From Dipteris shenzhenensis (taxonomy: Eukaryota): a stretch of 64,000 bases of DNA. The position numbers were made by a program, and so were the translations under genes. This document shows, one piece after another, positions 24,150 to 37,880 of this stretch. The stretch lies in NCBI GenBank assembly GCA_047967505.1, contig CM106538.1. One strand, given 5' to 3'. Below the pieces are notes generated by a model that was given only the letters and a program-made list of their open reading frames with translations, had not been told where the DNA came from and made no database searches. Position 1 is the first letter of the stretch; every line of letters starts with the position of its first letter.

Positions 24150-25120
24150 TAAAAGCAACACCCACCCCCCTCTCACTTCTTTCCCCTCACTTTCCAAGCC
24201 ACTTCCATCTCTCCTCTATCTCCAAATTCTGTCAAGCCTCTATATTTTCCATCTACCTTGATTTTTTGTCCTTCGCCTTCTATCCACCATCTCCACCACC
24301 ACCACCACCACCTTTTCCGTCAACCTCCCCCCTCCACCACCACTTTTTCTATCCAACATTCCCCCTCCACCATCACTTTCATCATCCATCCCCTCCACCT
24401 CCCACTCACCATCTTTACTACCACCACCACCCTTTTTGCACCATCAATCTCCCCCCTTCATCTCCCCCACCTCCATCTCCACCTCCCATCATCTCCCTCC
24501 CCACCACCACCCCTTTTACCACACACCCCTCCCCCCCCGTTCCCTCCACCATCACTTTTTCGTCAAAACTCACCCAGCCCCCACCTCCATCACCTCCACC
24601 TACACCACTCAAGGTAACCCCCCTATGTCCCTCCACCCCACCATCCCCCTTCCGCCCACCATCTCTCTATCTCTCTCTACATTCCCATCTCCCTCCAACC
24701 TACCATCCCCCGTCCTCCCACCATCTCTTTGCATCCCTCTACATCCCTATCTCCCTCCATTCCACTATCTCTCAAACTCCCTCCATCCCCTTTTCTCCCT
24801 CTACCCCACCATCTCACCACCTATCTCTCCACCCTTTTTACCATCTCTCTCCACCCCCTTCCACCCCACATCCCCCTTTCTCTCCCCACGTCTTATCTCT
24901 CTCTACCCCTCACCCCACCAACCCCCTTTCCATCTCCACCTCACACTTCCTCCACTCCCCCCACCACACACTTCTCTTTAACCCCTCACCTCTCTCTAAC
25001 CCCCTCCCCCCCTCTAGCTAACATCTCTCTAACCCCCTTTCCCCCCTCTAACTCCCTCCACTAACCTCCCTAACCCCCCCTTCATACCTAATTATCCACA
25101 CCCACCTAGCAACAACATTG
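24150..25120. repeat. C-rich, almost G-free low-complexity tract
   Basis: ~1 kb of CCA/CCT/CTC runs with very few G on the plus strand. Confidence 0.9.
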
Positions 25121-25535
25121 CCTCAGTGGCGGCGCTCGCACCACATTGCGCTCACCTCGATAGCATATCCTATGCTACACAACGCCTGCCTTGGTGACAA
25201 AGCTTGAGCCACACAATGCCCGCACAAGAATAGAGCCCATGCCACATAGTGCCTGAAGTGGCGCACACACGTCCTAGGTGGCAACACCCGCCTGTGGCAC
25301 AACACCCTAGGAGATACATGCAATGCAGTGCCCTAGGCATAGTGTGCACAACTTAGCACCCATGATGATGCTCTACGTGCCCACCTGTGGAACGTTGCCA
25401 TAGGTGACACATGATCCCCCTGCCTCACCCATACGCACATCATGCGTGCCACAAAAACCACACCACACCCCTTTTTCCATCCCTCCGCACCTCGATTTAT
25501 GTCTGTGCGAGACACCCACGTCTGCACCTCGATTT

Positions 25536-25539
<4 letters not shown>

Positions 25540-25602
<63 letters not shown>
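25540..25602. repeat. (GA)n microsatellite, about 31 units
   Basis: Perfect dinucleotide run read directly. Confidence 0.97.
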
Positions 25603-25606
<4 letters not shown>

Positions 25607-26854
25607 TTATGAGGATGTTTATTTATGGTTGGAATGAGAGAGCAAGGGAGAAGTTGTTAATTATCTGGAACTGGGACAGGGACTATGGAGATGGAGAATG
25701 ATAGATATTGAGGTAGTTTATGATTTGTTATACTGAAGAATGTTAAGCATGGGGAGTAAGAACCTATTAGATAATTTGGGAAAATCCCAATTCACATCTT
25801 GGCAGTATTTTGATAAATTGTAGCCTTCCTCCATGAAAAACTAGAGAAATAAAAGAAAGGAACTACATTATCATTCACAAAATCATGTTAACTATGTTGT
25901 CTCTTAATAATTGCATCGTAACACAAACCATGCAATATTGTGATAAAAAACTTGAACATTTCATTGTGAAATCAAACATCATTAAATACTCACTTTGTAG
26001 TATTTCTGGGGAGAATCAAACCAAACCATTCCTCCATAATTGTTTGCCATGAGAATGGTTCTAAAGTCATAGTCTTTAAAACACCTTGGAATTTATGGAG
26101 TGAGATTCATCTCATGGACCTTGGTGGTGTTCATAAACACCTTTAATCATAATGTATAAGTGTTGACTCCCATTTCTCACTCATCGGTTGGGAGTTTGGA
26201 GTTCCGACAAAAGAGAGATATTTGCAGATTTTCTTGCTGAGTCTGATTATGCAATGGCGCCCATGTTTTGAGGCATCTCAGGTTCTATTTTCAGTAGCGG
26301 TCATTATCGTGGGACTATGATTTCTTGAGCATACCTTATGCAGATCACTCTGGTTACAGTTTGAGCCATGTGCGCTCATTTGTGGTGTGCATTGGGTTGT
26401 AGTAGATGATTTATAGGCCATTTGGATGCATTGTGATCCTTATTGGATGCACTGATAGCCCCAGATTGCCTTGTGGGATGCTATTTTTATGGACGCTTTG
26501 CACATGGATGCTATTTTATGCTGAGGGACAGCTTTGACACATTGTAGGTGATGCATTGATAGTGCTATCCTCTCTTGGATGAGATATTATTGATGCATAT
26601 GCAAGTGGACGGTGTTTATGCTTGAGTCATTTGGCAGTTATTGGCATTTTGGATTGCCATTGCAGTTGGCATTTTCTTTTGGGCCAGATTTGCTCATATG
26701 GATGCATAGTATATGTACATGAGTCAGATGCTTTGAGACATGAGTTTTGGTGATATTTCACTCTATTGTGGCATACACATTTGGGTGCACCTGGTATTTG
26801 GTGTGATTCTCTCTTGTAGGCACTAGCATTTGGGATTTTTGCTTCATTTGCCTC

Positions 26855-28410
26855 ATGGCATCCTCTTCCATGTCTGAAAAGGAGTTTTTTAGCATTAAAA
26901 AGTTTGATGGGATAAACTTTTATTTGTGGAAAGAACAAATAAGGGATGTGATTATTCAAAAGATGCAGATTAAACCCTTGGCAGGGATTGAAGCTAAGCC
27001 TGCAAATATGTCTGAGGATGATTGGAATGAGTTGGATGCATTAGCAAAATCTACTATTAGACTTCATCTTGCAGAGTTATTTTATTTCACAATAGTAAAT
27101 GAGCATACTACGGAAGATTTGTGGAAGAAACTGTGTGCCACTTATGAAAAGGAAACTGCCTCTAATAAAGTTTACCTCATGAAGAGGTTGTTTGAGCTAC
27201 AGATGAAGGAAGGGGTCGCCATTGCTTCTCACTTGAATGAATTCAATGTTATTTTCAGCCAGCTTCAGGCTCAGAAGATGAATTTTGATGCGGAGACTAA
27301 GGCAATATTTCTCTTATGTTCATTGCCATCCTCATGGGATACCTTCCGTACAGCTGTCAGTAACTCTGCACCTAGTGGAGTACTAAAATTTGATGATTTT
27401 GTGGGTAGCTTGTTGGCCGAGGAGATTAGACGGAAGTCTATGGACGGCAACAAGCAGGATGTAGCCTTAAATGTGCAAAGGGGCAGATCACAGTTCAAGG
27501 GGAAGTCCCAAGAAAGACGGAAGTCTCATAGCAAATCTAGGGCACAGAACATTGAGTGTTACCACTATGGCAAGAAGGGCCATATGAAAAAGGATTGCTA
27601 CAAGCTAAAAAGAGAGCAAAAGGATAAGAAAAATAATGCAAATTGGGGTGCAAATCAAAAGGAAGAGAGTCCAAGGGAGGACAAAGGAAAAGTGAAGATC
27701 GAGGAGATCAATGCAGTCACACATGATAGTGACAATGACGTTCTCTTCATGTCTAGTTTATCTATAGAGTTCCTTACACTTCAGATGATGCATATTCCTA
27801 GGATTGGATTTTGGATTCTGGTGCTTCATTCCGTGTTACTCCCCATAGGGAATGGTTCTCCACTTATGACAGTGGAAAGATAGGTTGAGTGCATCTTGGA
27901 AATGACTATGCATGTGACATAGTGGGAGTAGGTGACATAAAGTTTTCTTTTGCAAATGGGTCTGCATTTATTTTGAAACATGGGAGACATGTGCCTAAGT
28001 TGACCAAGAGTCTTATTTGAGTGGGTTAGCTAGATGATGCTGGTTTTCACATCACTTTTGGCTTTCAAAGTTGGAAAATTTAGAAGGGCTCTATGCTTTT
28101 GGCCAGGGGTGCCAAGTGTGGGACTTTGTATCCCTTACATGTATCAGGGGTGTTTGATCATGTTGTTGCAATAACCGAGCAGCCAAGCACTTCTTTATGG
28201 CATTGCCGATTGGGCCATATGAGCCAAAATGGGATGAAACTCTTATGCCATTTGGGTTATGTACCGCATTTGAGTTTCTTTGATTTTGAATTTCGTGAGC
28301 ACTGTCTCTATGGGAAGCAGACTAAATCAGCCCATAAAAGAAGGGGAAAGAAAGAGTTTGAAAAGCTTGATTTGGTGCATGCAAACATATGTGGTCCCAT
28401 GCCTACACAG
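26855..28410 (+). mobile_element. Truncated Ty1/copia gag-protease-integrase start (decayed)
   Basis: IKKFDGINFYLWKEQ..LWKKL..KVYLMKRLF..LLCSLPSSW; degenerate knuckle CYHYGKKGHMKKDC; frameshifted WILDSGASF protease; LWHCRLGHMS; LDLVHANICGPM; then an abrupt end. Confidence 0.9.
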
Positions 28411-28607
28411 TCCAAAATCATGAAAGCATTATGTATCATTTTCCAAGTTTTACTTATCTAGGGTTTGAGATCTATAACTTTTAGATACAAATCTTGATCT
28501 TAGATTTATTTAATCTAGATACTAGATTCAAATTCTTTGGCCAAGGGCTTAGATTCAAATAATCCTATCTTGGGGGGTTTTCTCATTCTAAGCGCCCTAC
28601 ATGCACT

Positions 28608-28930
28608 CTAGTTTATTAGACTAATGTTAAACTAGGATTTAATAGATTAATGTTGTATTTTAATCCTAAACTAGGATTTAATAGACTAATGTTCTATTCT
28701 AATCCTAAACTAGGATTTAATGGACTAATGTTATACTAGGATTTAATAGACTAATGTTAAACTAGTTTTCTAATAGAATAAGGTAAAATTAGGATTTAAT
28801 AGACTAATTTATGTTCCATTCTGATGTTAAACAAGGATTTAATAGACTAATCCTAAACTAGGATTAGTCGATTAAATCCTTGTCAAACAAAGGATTAGTA
28901 TATTAAACTAGGATTAGTTTATTAAATCTA
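28608..28930. repeat. Degenerate tandem/inverted array of TAAACTAGGATTTAATAGACTAATGT units
   Basis: The motif recurs many times with variable spacers and some inverted copies. Confidence 0.8.
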
Positions 28931-29878
28931 TAATCTTTAAATTTAAACAACATTGATTGAGGCATGTCAGTCTAAGTGGTTAAGCATATATTTTTATATT
29001 TTTTAAACATACATACATTTCTATTTATATATATATTTATAAATACTTATATTTTATTTTTTTCAACATACATATATATATATATATATTATATATATAT
29101 ATATTTATTTATTTATACTTTTAAACATACATACATATATATATATACATATATACTTTAAAATTTTAAAAATTTTAAAATTGAAAATTGAAAATTAGAA
29201 ATATATTAATCAAAATAAACATGGGGGCAATCTATGAAACCCTACCTGCACTGTGGGTCTGCTTTGTCGCTTGTAGATGCACTGCACCTCCTCCCCTTTT
29301 GTGCCCTTCTATGAGCCTCTCTTTTCGTGCCCTTTTATGAGCCCTCTCTTTCTGTGCCCTTCTGCACCTCCATGATCATCGACCTTTCAAACTCCATGCC
29401 CTCTGTCTCTGCGCATGCCCTCTGTGCTTTGTGCTCTGCCTCCACTCCCTCTATTTGTGACCTCTGTCTCTGTGTACCCTGCACCCTCTGTCTCTATGCT
29501 TCGTTGCCTTTGCACCGACATGCCATCTATGTGTTGAGTCGCTGCTTTGTGCCCTCGCTCTCCATGCAGCTTGCTCTCCTATGCTCTATGTGCTCTAGTA
29601 CTTGCTGCACCTCCTCCCCTTCTGTGCCCTTTTGTGGGCCTCTGCCTCTCTTTTCGTGAGTCTAGAAGCACATCTAATTGCGTCGCCAATGCCATTGTGT
29701 GCATCGAATGATAGATCTTGGAGAACGATGCCCTTGATGCCACCGTGCACCCTCCTAATTGTGCTCTAGAAGTGCATCGAATTGTGCAACAAGGGAGTCC
29801 AAGAAACGATACGGAGCGACGTTGCATCTGTGCAAGGGTGACGTTGCGAGCCTATGAGTGCTCTAGGTGCCACTCTCC

Positions 29879-29880
<2 letters not shown>

Positions 29881-29921
<41 letters not shown>

Positions 29922-30004
29922 CCACACACACACAAACATGTCTCTCTCTCTCTCTCTTACACACACACACACGCGTGTGCCCACACACACACACACACAC
30001 ACAC
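29881..30004. repeat. Compound (CT)n/(CA)n microsatellite
   Basis: Read directly. Confidence 0.9.
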
Positions 30005-30094
30005 GAGGCATGAGGAGCTTGTAGCTTTGCATGATGTTAGTAACTGCACTTTAGCATAGTTTCTTGCTCATTATTCTTCAAAATTCCCTAATAT

Positions 30095-30345
30095 GGTAGA
30101 CTTACTTAGGACTTAAAGGATGCTATTAATGCCATGGCAGATGGCACAACCCTTGGAGAGGATCGACTACTAGTGGAGACGATTGGCCCTCAGTTTGTCA
30201 AGTTTTGGTAGGAGAGTGTAAAGTAGTAGATTCTACTTGAACACACTATTGGAGGCATTATTAAGCTGATATCCAAGGGAGTAAGGATGAAGTTAAAAAT
30301 TGGAGATCCCTCACAATGTTAAATTACAGCTACAAGATATTGGAT
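30095..30345 (+). pseudogene. LINE (L1-like) reverse transcriptase fragment
   Basis: DAINAMADG.TLGED.., GIIKLISK/(frameshift)EVKNWRSLTMLNYSYKIL resembles the LINE RT motifs K.PG.DG and LIPK..NWRPI.LLN..YKIL. Confidence 0.7.
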
Positions 30346-33300
30346 TGTATCCAAATTGTAGGTAGCTAGAGTTAGGTCCCCTTTTTTTAGGAAAGGCACC
30401 TCCCCATTTTCTCTTTTCCTCCTAATGAGCCTAAAAATTTCTTTGGTGGGAAATTTTTCCTACCCACCAATCCCTGAGGTACACTCTAAGCCTTATTTAC
30501 TCTTGGATTTTAAGCTATTTTCTAGCACTTCTAGCATCTTATTGTACATGCACATCCCTAGTGTATGGCTTTCCCTTCTGATTCATCTAAGTGAAGCTTA
30601 ATTTGGTCCATTCGCTTAGCTTTGATTTTCACTCTATTTCTCCTAGCCTCTTTTAATATTCTCTGAGTAGTTCAAAAGCATCTTGGGCCAATTCTGGGGG
30701 CATCAATAGAAGTTGATCAATTTAACATAATTTGCTCTTGCACACTCTTGAGCTAAAAAAGCTTTGGGTCTACCTTAAACCAAGATGTGGCCCTCGTACC
30801 TTTGCCGAATTCAAATACCAAATAAAAAGGCTTTTGATCTAAAAGTGTCAAGGTAGAGAAGACTTGACAATCATGTTCAATTGTCAAATCTAGGAGGCTT
30901 GGAGCTAAGTAAACCCCACATCCTCAATGAGTTGGTGGGTATCTTTGAGGTCCTCCCAAGTTAGCAATTCATGGGCTCTAACAACCGAGCCTTTGCCATT
31001 CCATCTTTAATTCAAAGCTCGACCATATCAAAGTCCCCCACCAGTAGAATTATATTTCATGTCAAAGCTCTACCATACTAAAGTCTCCCAATAGAATTAT
31101 AGTCTGTCAAAGTTTTGAGGGAGCCCTACATTACTCTTCGCTTTTGAGTACTCGTGGGGACATAAACAATAGCTGAGGTGAAAAACCCCCTTGATATCCA
31201 CCTATGGCTCAACCTTAGTATCTTTAAGGATGCCTTCCTTGAAATGGGGTATCACTTTGCAATACCTCCTTTTCCTTCATGTTTTGTATAATACCAAACC
31301 CTTGACCTTTTAACTGATTTCAATATTTGTTGAAGATGTAGGCTGGTCACTTTTACTTCCTGAGCATTGTTTCTAAGTCAACTAGCAACCTCCAACCCTT
31401 TGGAGGGGTTAGTTAACCTACACACATTTAGTGCGAGAAAAGAGATTGGAACCCATTTTTAGCCTTGGGAGGTGGGGCTTTTAGCTAGCACAACTACTTC
31501 CCTGACTTGAGAAATTCTTCTTTTATGGGTGGTAGCTGAGGCTTTTCCTTTTATCGCAACATCTTTCTCCCTGGTAACTAGGGGTTGATTCCTCATCAGT
31601 ACCTCTTCATCTTCTAAATGTGTATCGAATCCTTGAGATTTATTTCATTCTTAAAATTTTTTGACTAATATTGTCTCCCCTCTTCCATGGCCCTCAGATT
31701 TTCTTGGATCCACTCATCTATTTCTCCATTAACTAAAGCATCAAAAGCATTCTTAGTAACAACAAGCTCAACCTTAGTTTTCTTCAACAGTGGTGGGGCC
31801 TATGCTAGCTTCTCAGCTACCTCTGCAAAGGGAGTGATAGCAGGGGTTTTATCTTTTCTCTCCTTTACTGTCCACTTAGGCTTCTTTGCAAGTTGAGGCA
31901 CTTGGGGTTCCTTAGCTATAGCTTTACTTTTACTCTTTCTTTGAGCGAAATTTCTCATCGAATGAGAAGAAAGACCATATAGAAAGCATGAATGGTGGAG
32001 ATTCTTGTACGCAAAATGTTTCTCCTTAAAACTCTCCCATTTTTCCAATCATCATAACCAACGTGGTTGGCAAAATACGTACTTTTTGATGAAAAAATTT
32101 AGCCTAAGGCCCTAAATGCCAAAAAAGGTGTTCTTTACACTAGCTATCAACCGGAGCATACTGCGCAATTTGTAAACTTACCGCATGGTATAAGGTTTAG
32201 CACACCATGTGGTATCTAGCCAACCAAGTGGTATGAGTTATCCTGCATGGTCCCACATAGATACTATGCAGTTTTTTTAGGGTGCCAGGAGACACCACAT
32301 GGTAACCCCCCAATATTGCACGGTGTATGTCATATCGGCACGTGTGTCATCGTGGATCATCTGATTTGGAATGATATGCAATCGCGGCCATTGACACACC
32401 ACACGATGAGGGTAGGTCCCACGTGGTGTAGCTGCAAAATCTTATAAAGAGACCCCGCCACTCCCGCCCTGCACATACCTATTACTTTCTCCCGTGGTTC
32501 CTCCTGAGTCTTTGGGTGAATTATTCTATAGATTTTGCTGTTGGTCAGTCGAGCCAGGTGATGACCCGCCTCAGCCGGCTGGTCAAATTCACCTCACCCT
32601 GGCTGACTATCAGTAGGTTATTTGAGAGAGGGAAAGAGAGGGATGATAGTTGATCCATTTGTCCCTCAAGTGTTTGGAGATCTAGTAGGACAATGGGAAT
32701 TATATGCAAAGGTGAGCAATGTAGCCTTGCCTGTCAATGCAGAGAATAAGCTTGCACTCTAATGAAGACATGTTGCTGAACATAAGCTACATCTTTTCTC
32801 AGCTTGACCCATATGATCGCAATTTTGATTGCCAAATTTGTAATGTCCTTGAATTGTATACATGGATTTGAAAATTACTATGACATGTATCTTTAAAACA
32901 AATGTAACAATTTGCCAAAGTTTTCCCTTTCTATTTGTACAATTGAATCGATCATGGTCAATCCATAATCAAAATAGCTGGGTAAATTCTCAAATGGTGT
33001 AATTTCATGAGCATGTTATAATTAAATGTTTCAATAACACGTCGCTCACTAGATTTTGGCATGGTTGTTAGATCTTCTCTCGCTCTCTCACTCGCCATGG
33101 CATCCCCGTCGCAACAATCAACACAAGATGCATACGCCTCCCAAGATCCAAACGTGAGGGGAAAGCAAGCAATGAAACACATAATAGACATGGATGATGC
33201 TACCATCCTACCTACAAGAAGAGATGAGGCACGCGCAATTGCCAACATGCAAGCATCTTTCAAGATCCAAACAGTTGGAAGTATGACCTCGTCAACGCAG

Positions 33301-33934
33301 TGGTCTCCAAGGATGACATAGTAGCTGTGTGGGATTGCGACGATGCCTCATATGGAGGTGGCTCATCAAAAACTAGCGCCACCCATCTATGAGGGAGAAT
33401 GCATATTACATTCATTGCTTGATCAAATCTGATAAGCCTCATAGTGAAGCTGTGCCACTTTACTTTGCAAAGATGTTGTATTGGATCCGTCTATTAGAAG
33501 ATTGTTAGGGATGTAGTCTTGCATTCGCATACAGTCCTTGGTTAGGATTGTACTCTCAAGGTTCATGCTCAACGTGCTTGTAGACTTCGCCTCCCAACCC
33601 AAGACACACAACAAAACGTTAATGCAACCAAGGAAGCCTAGGCCAGCTGATGGTTCTTTCCCACAGCTTCCTTAGGAAGAGTAGTGTATTCTCAGTATAC
33701 AGGGTTCCGAGGCTTTTTATCACCTACAGATGTATCGGGGTTATCATTTGTAGCATACGTGTAGCTTAGGGACTCGAGTCGTATTCCGATGAGAGACGTA
33801 GGCTTAAGTGTGGTAAGCAAACATAGTGCATGCATGTGTAAAAGGAACGTGTATCTTCATGGTTGAGATAATGAAGGCTTTCACCTTTAGTGGGGGTTGA
33901 GGGGTTTAGGAGGAGTTTAAGGGTTAGAGGGAAG

Positions 33935-34065
33935 CTCAGGGTTTAGAAGGAGGTCCAAGGTTTAGAAGGAGGTTCCAAGGTTTAGAAAGAGGTTCCAGGG
34001 TTAGAAGGAGGTTCCAGAGTGTAGAAGAGGTTCCAAAGTTTAGAAGAAGGATCCAAGGTTTAGGG
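33935..34065. repeat. ~20-bp tandem repeat GGTTCCAAGGTTTAGAAGGA, about 6 units
   Basis: Read directly; followed by a GGA-rich low-complexity tract at ~34150-34320. Confidence 0.8.
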
Positions 34066-35233
34066 TAGAGTACATGGTGGAGAACTCGTCTCCCTCGTAG
34101 ATCATGGAGGTTAAGGATTGAGGAACTAAGGGTTTAGGGGGAGCATAGGAGTGGGAGAGGAAGAAGGTGTAAGAGCATGGAGGAAAGAAGAGAGAGGAGG
34201 GAAGAGGAGGAGGAGGAGGAGGAGGAGGAGGAGCAGGGAGGAGGAGAAGGGAGGAGGAGGAGGGAGGAGGAGAGGGAGAGGATGGGTTGCAAGGTCGGAG
34301 GAGAGGGGAGGAGGAGTTGCAAGGTTAGGACATGCTTTTGGATGTGGAGTGCAAGGAATCATGGACACTTGAGACAATTGCTTGGAATACCACAGTAGAA
34401 CTCAACACAATGCCCCAAAGAGTGTGGGCTTCCTCCCCAGCCCATTGTACCAGATCAAATCTTCCAGCAGAGATCTTCCAGCTAGTAGCTCTTCACCTAG
34501 TATCTATCTAGATCGCCATCTAAGCTCCAATGTGGGAGCGCACGGGTGGACGGAGCCATCAAGTATTGAAGGAAAATTTTGTTCATCTCCAGTTTGCTGT
34601 GTACTCTCTATTCTTTGTTCAGTTTCTATTCCGCTGTGCCATGTAATTTAACAGCAGTCAGGCTAGAGACTACGTGGTGGCGGTGTTCAAAATGATAGAT
34701 TGCGTCTCATTATTATGCCAAGAATCAGCACGGTGGTCTCTCCAAGCTAACCTTGAATTTTAATGATCTGCATGGGCGCATTGTGCATTGACAGGTGGCA
34801 AAGCTATGGCAAAAGGCTGCGCGATGATAGATGGCAGGCCAGAGACTGCGCTGCATGAAGTAGTGTAGAGATTCACAATGTAGTGCAGAGCTACCACGTG
34901 TCAAGCTCGATGGTATACATAATAAATAGATTACATCTCATTATTATGCCAGTGCGGCATCATGATGTTGGAAAATTTTTTGGTGAGAGCATGGGTCCAT
35001 GCAAAATTTAAAATCTCACCTAGGAGCACGTGGCATTGCAACCCCAAAATGGCCCCAAAAATAGTTTCGTGTTGGCTACATCCAAGCAAACATTGACCCT
35101 AGTGGATGCGTGTGTTTGTTGTGTGTTCTGGAGGGTGGTCTATATTCCGATTCCTTGCATTTCAGGGCACTTGTGGACCACAATCATGAGTGCCAATGAA
35201 TGCGATTGTTAGTGAGGATTCTTAAGCTAAGGC

Positions 35234-36350
35234 ATGGAGAGAAGGGGTAGACAAGATGGCGATGATTTGAGCAAAAGTAGGACAAGTGTTGCGACTACGA
35301 ATGCACAATCAAAAATTCTTGAAACTAGAAATGCTCGTCCACAATCTTCAAAACGAGTTGTGACTAGGCAAATTGTGGATGCATCAAGTCATGCCCATGG
35401 CAATATTCTTATGCTTGATAATGCTCCCGGGGTTGAAGAAGGAGTTGCAAAAGAGAATCTCAATGCTGAAATGGGCACTACCCCAATGCTAGATCCACCT
35501 TGAGAGGTTGTTAACCAAGATACGGGGAGATGGTTTATGCAGGTGTCAAAATCCTCTCAAAGAGGTATTCCACGTGCACAAGGGAAAAAATGTAAGTCAC
35601 ATGGTCCAAAATGGGACTTTGTCATTAATGTTTGTGACTAGGTTGCATGGAAATGCAAGTAGTGAGGAATACAAAAATTAGGGGGAGCAGCTCACATAAG
35701 GGGTCACTTGCTTGGTGACTCAAGAAAGAGCATTGAGCATTGTGCAGCCCCAGGAGCTACTGTTAAAAGGCGGGTAGAATATTACGAAGGGAGTATATAC
35801 CAATCTATATGCATCTGCGTGTTGTATGCATACTTTAAATCTTGCATTGAAAGATTGGTATAAACAAGTGCCATGGTTCAAAAGGATTGTTTGTGAGGCT
35901 CGAGACATAGTGAAGTTAATACGATCAAAGCAACGCATTAAAGCAATCTTTCGTGTATCGTGATGATTCTACCATGTTGCTATTTCCAGCAATAACCACG
36001 AGATTTGCCACGTACTTCTTCACTTTGCAATCCTTGATGAAGAATAAGAGTTTTCTTATAGAGACATTTCATTGTGATGCATTTCAACCATGGGATGTCA
36101 GAGTTGACCAATCGGGCAACAAAGGAGAAAATGCATGACCAAAAAGAAACATTGGGATCCCCTACATTATGGAAACGATTTGAGGATGTAGCTAATGTTA
36201 TGAAAATTGTATTATATGCGCTTAGGGATTTGGACTCAAAGTCTCCAACAATAAAAAAAAACATAGATGCACTTTTGGAGTATTGAGATCGAATTGTGGT
36301 GGTGGTGCACATGCTCCCTCTCACTGCTCTCCTCATCCTATATAATTTAA
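35234..36350 (+). pseudogene. Internally deleted, decayed hAT transposase (BED finger and CxxH region)
   Basis: KWDFV..WKCK..GGAAHIRGHLLG..C (BED-like), ASACCMHTLNLALKDWYKQVPWF, and LLFPAITTRFATYF; stops and frameshifts. Confidence 0.75.
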
Positions 36351-37822
36351 TGATGCAAGGTTAGTGCGTGCAACAAGGACAAGCAATATAAATATTCATG
36401 AATCATTCAAATATCATTGGTTTAGCGATGATACACAAGAATGTCGACTACATCCTCTTCTGGTGGTGCCTCTCCATACATCTATAACAAGTGGCACATG
36501 ACAATAAGGCGCTGATGACAAACCCCTCGCCTGCAATGCATGCAAGGACAAGGCAGTCTCTCATGAAGCCACTTCAAACTTCTGAGAGATGGCCCCCTAT
36601 CCGATGAGATGTCACTACTCATCCTCTCCACCTACACACATCCACAATCATCCCCCCAAGTTAAGTCAAACACCCAAACACCCAAACACCCAAATCCCCC
36701 AAATTTCCTCAAACCCTCATATCCCCTCTCTTTCACCAAACACCCCGGGACCTAAATCCCCCCTAATCCCTTCAAACACCCACTCACCCACCAAAATCAA
36801 ACCCCACTCCCCAGCCCCCCCAAAAACCCTAAATCCCCAAAAAATCATGTTTTGTCGATATGGGCATCAGTATATTCTGACAACCCTGTTTTGTCGGTAT
36901 GGGCATCGGTATATACTGATGGCCATATGGATGGCTATACCAATGATCTGATTTTATATACCCACAATGCATATATAAATATTAAAGAGTTATTAAACAC
37001 ATTTATATCAAATGTGACAAGAGCTTCCTATCATATTTATAGCATAGATAACTTGTCTTATAAAAATGAATGTAATATTTAAGACCATATATGCAAGATT
37101 TTTGCAAAATATAACCTCAGAGATGTGCTCAAATGTCCTTTTCTGGTCAACTTGAGTGGTTGAGTGACTCTATTTGGACATTAGATGTGAAAGTTTTTTT
37201 TTTTTGGGCAACAAAAAGGTAGTATATTTATAGGGGCTAGTTAGGCCCAAAAAAGTGACCCGATATAAAATTTGGCGGTGTCGCTCGTAGCCTACGCTAT
37301 GCGTGAAACCCACTTGTGCCACATTAGATGTGAAAGTTATGTTACTTTCAAAAGTGTTGTCCAAGGTAATTTTGCTATCGAAACTATCTTTCAAAAGGGT
37401 TTGTTGGTGAAACTACCTTCAAGGATGGATTGCTTCAATGAGGTTTATTTGGAGAAACCCTCTCGTGATGGTAGGTTGAAAGAGGATTTTCAATGCTTCC
37501 CCCTATTAAGTAAAAGTTGTAAGAAGGATTATAAGAGAATTTCCATAGAGAAATCCACTCTAGAAGTGGGTTTCTTCAAAAGCCATCTCATTGTGTTATT
37601 CACCATCCCCAAATATTTATGTAACAATTTTGTAAAAAAATAGGCATTCCTATAACACTTTGCATATTCCCAATGGAAACTGTGTTTTGATCCATTTTTG
37701 CAACATTTTTACATATTTGGAAGCTTTTTCTTTTCCTTTGCTCGAAGGCTCAGAAGATTTCACTCGAAAAATGGTCCTCCCCTACTCAAAATGAATGCGT
37801 GTGCATGTGAGTGTTTGCATGC

Positions 37823-37823
<1 letters not shown>

Positions 37824-37876
<53 letters not shown>
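37824..37876. repeat. (GA)n microsatellite
   Basis: Read directly. Confidence 0.95.

Positions 37877-37880
<4 letters not shown>

Noticed and set aside
24258-25064. Extensin-like Pro/His-rich ORFs
   Set aside because: Open in all three frames simply because the C-rich tract lacks stop codons; no ATG/signal peptide or regular SPPPP periodicity.
33061-33880. Possible decayed plus-strand ORF (MASPSQQSTQDAYASQDP..)
   Set aside because: Multiple stops and no motif I can recognise; cannot support a call.
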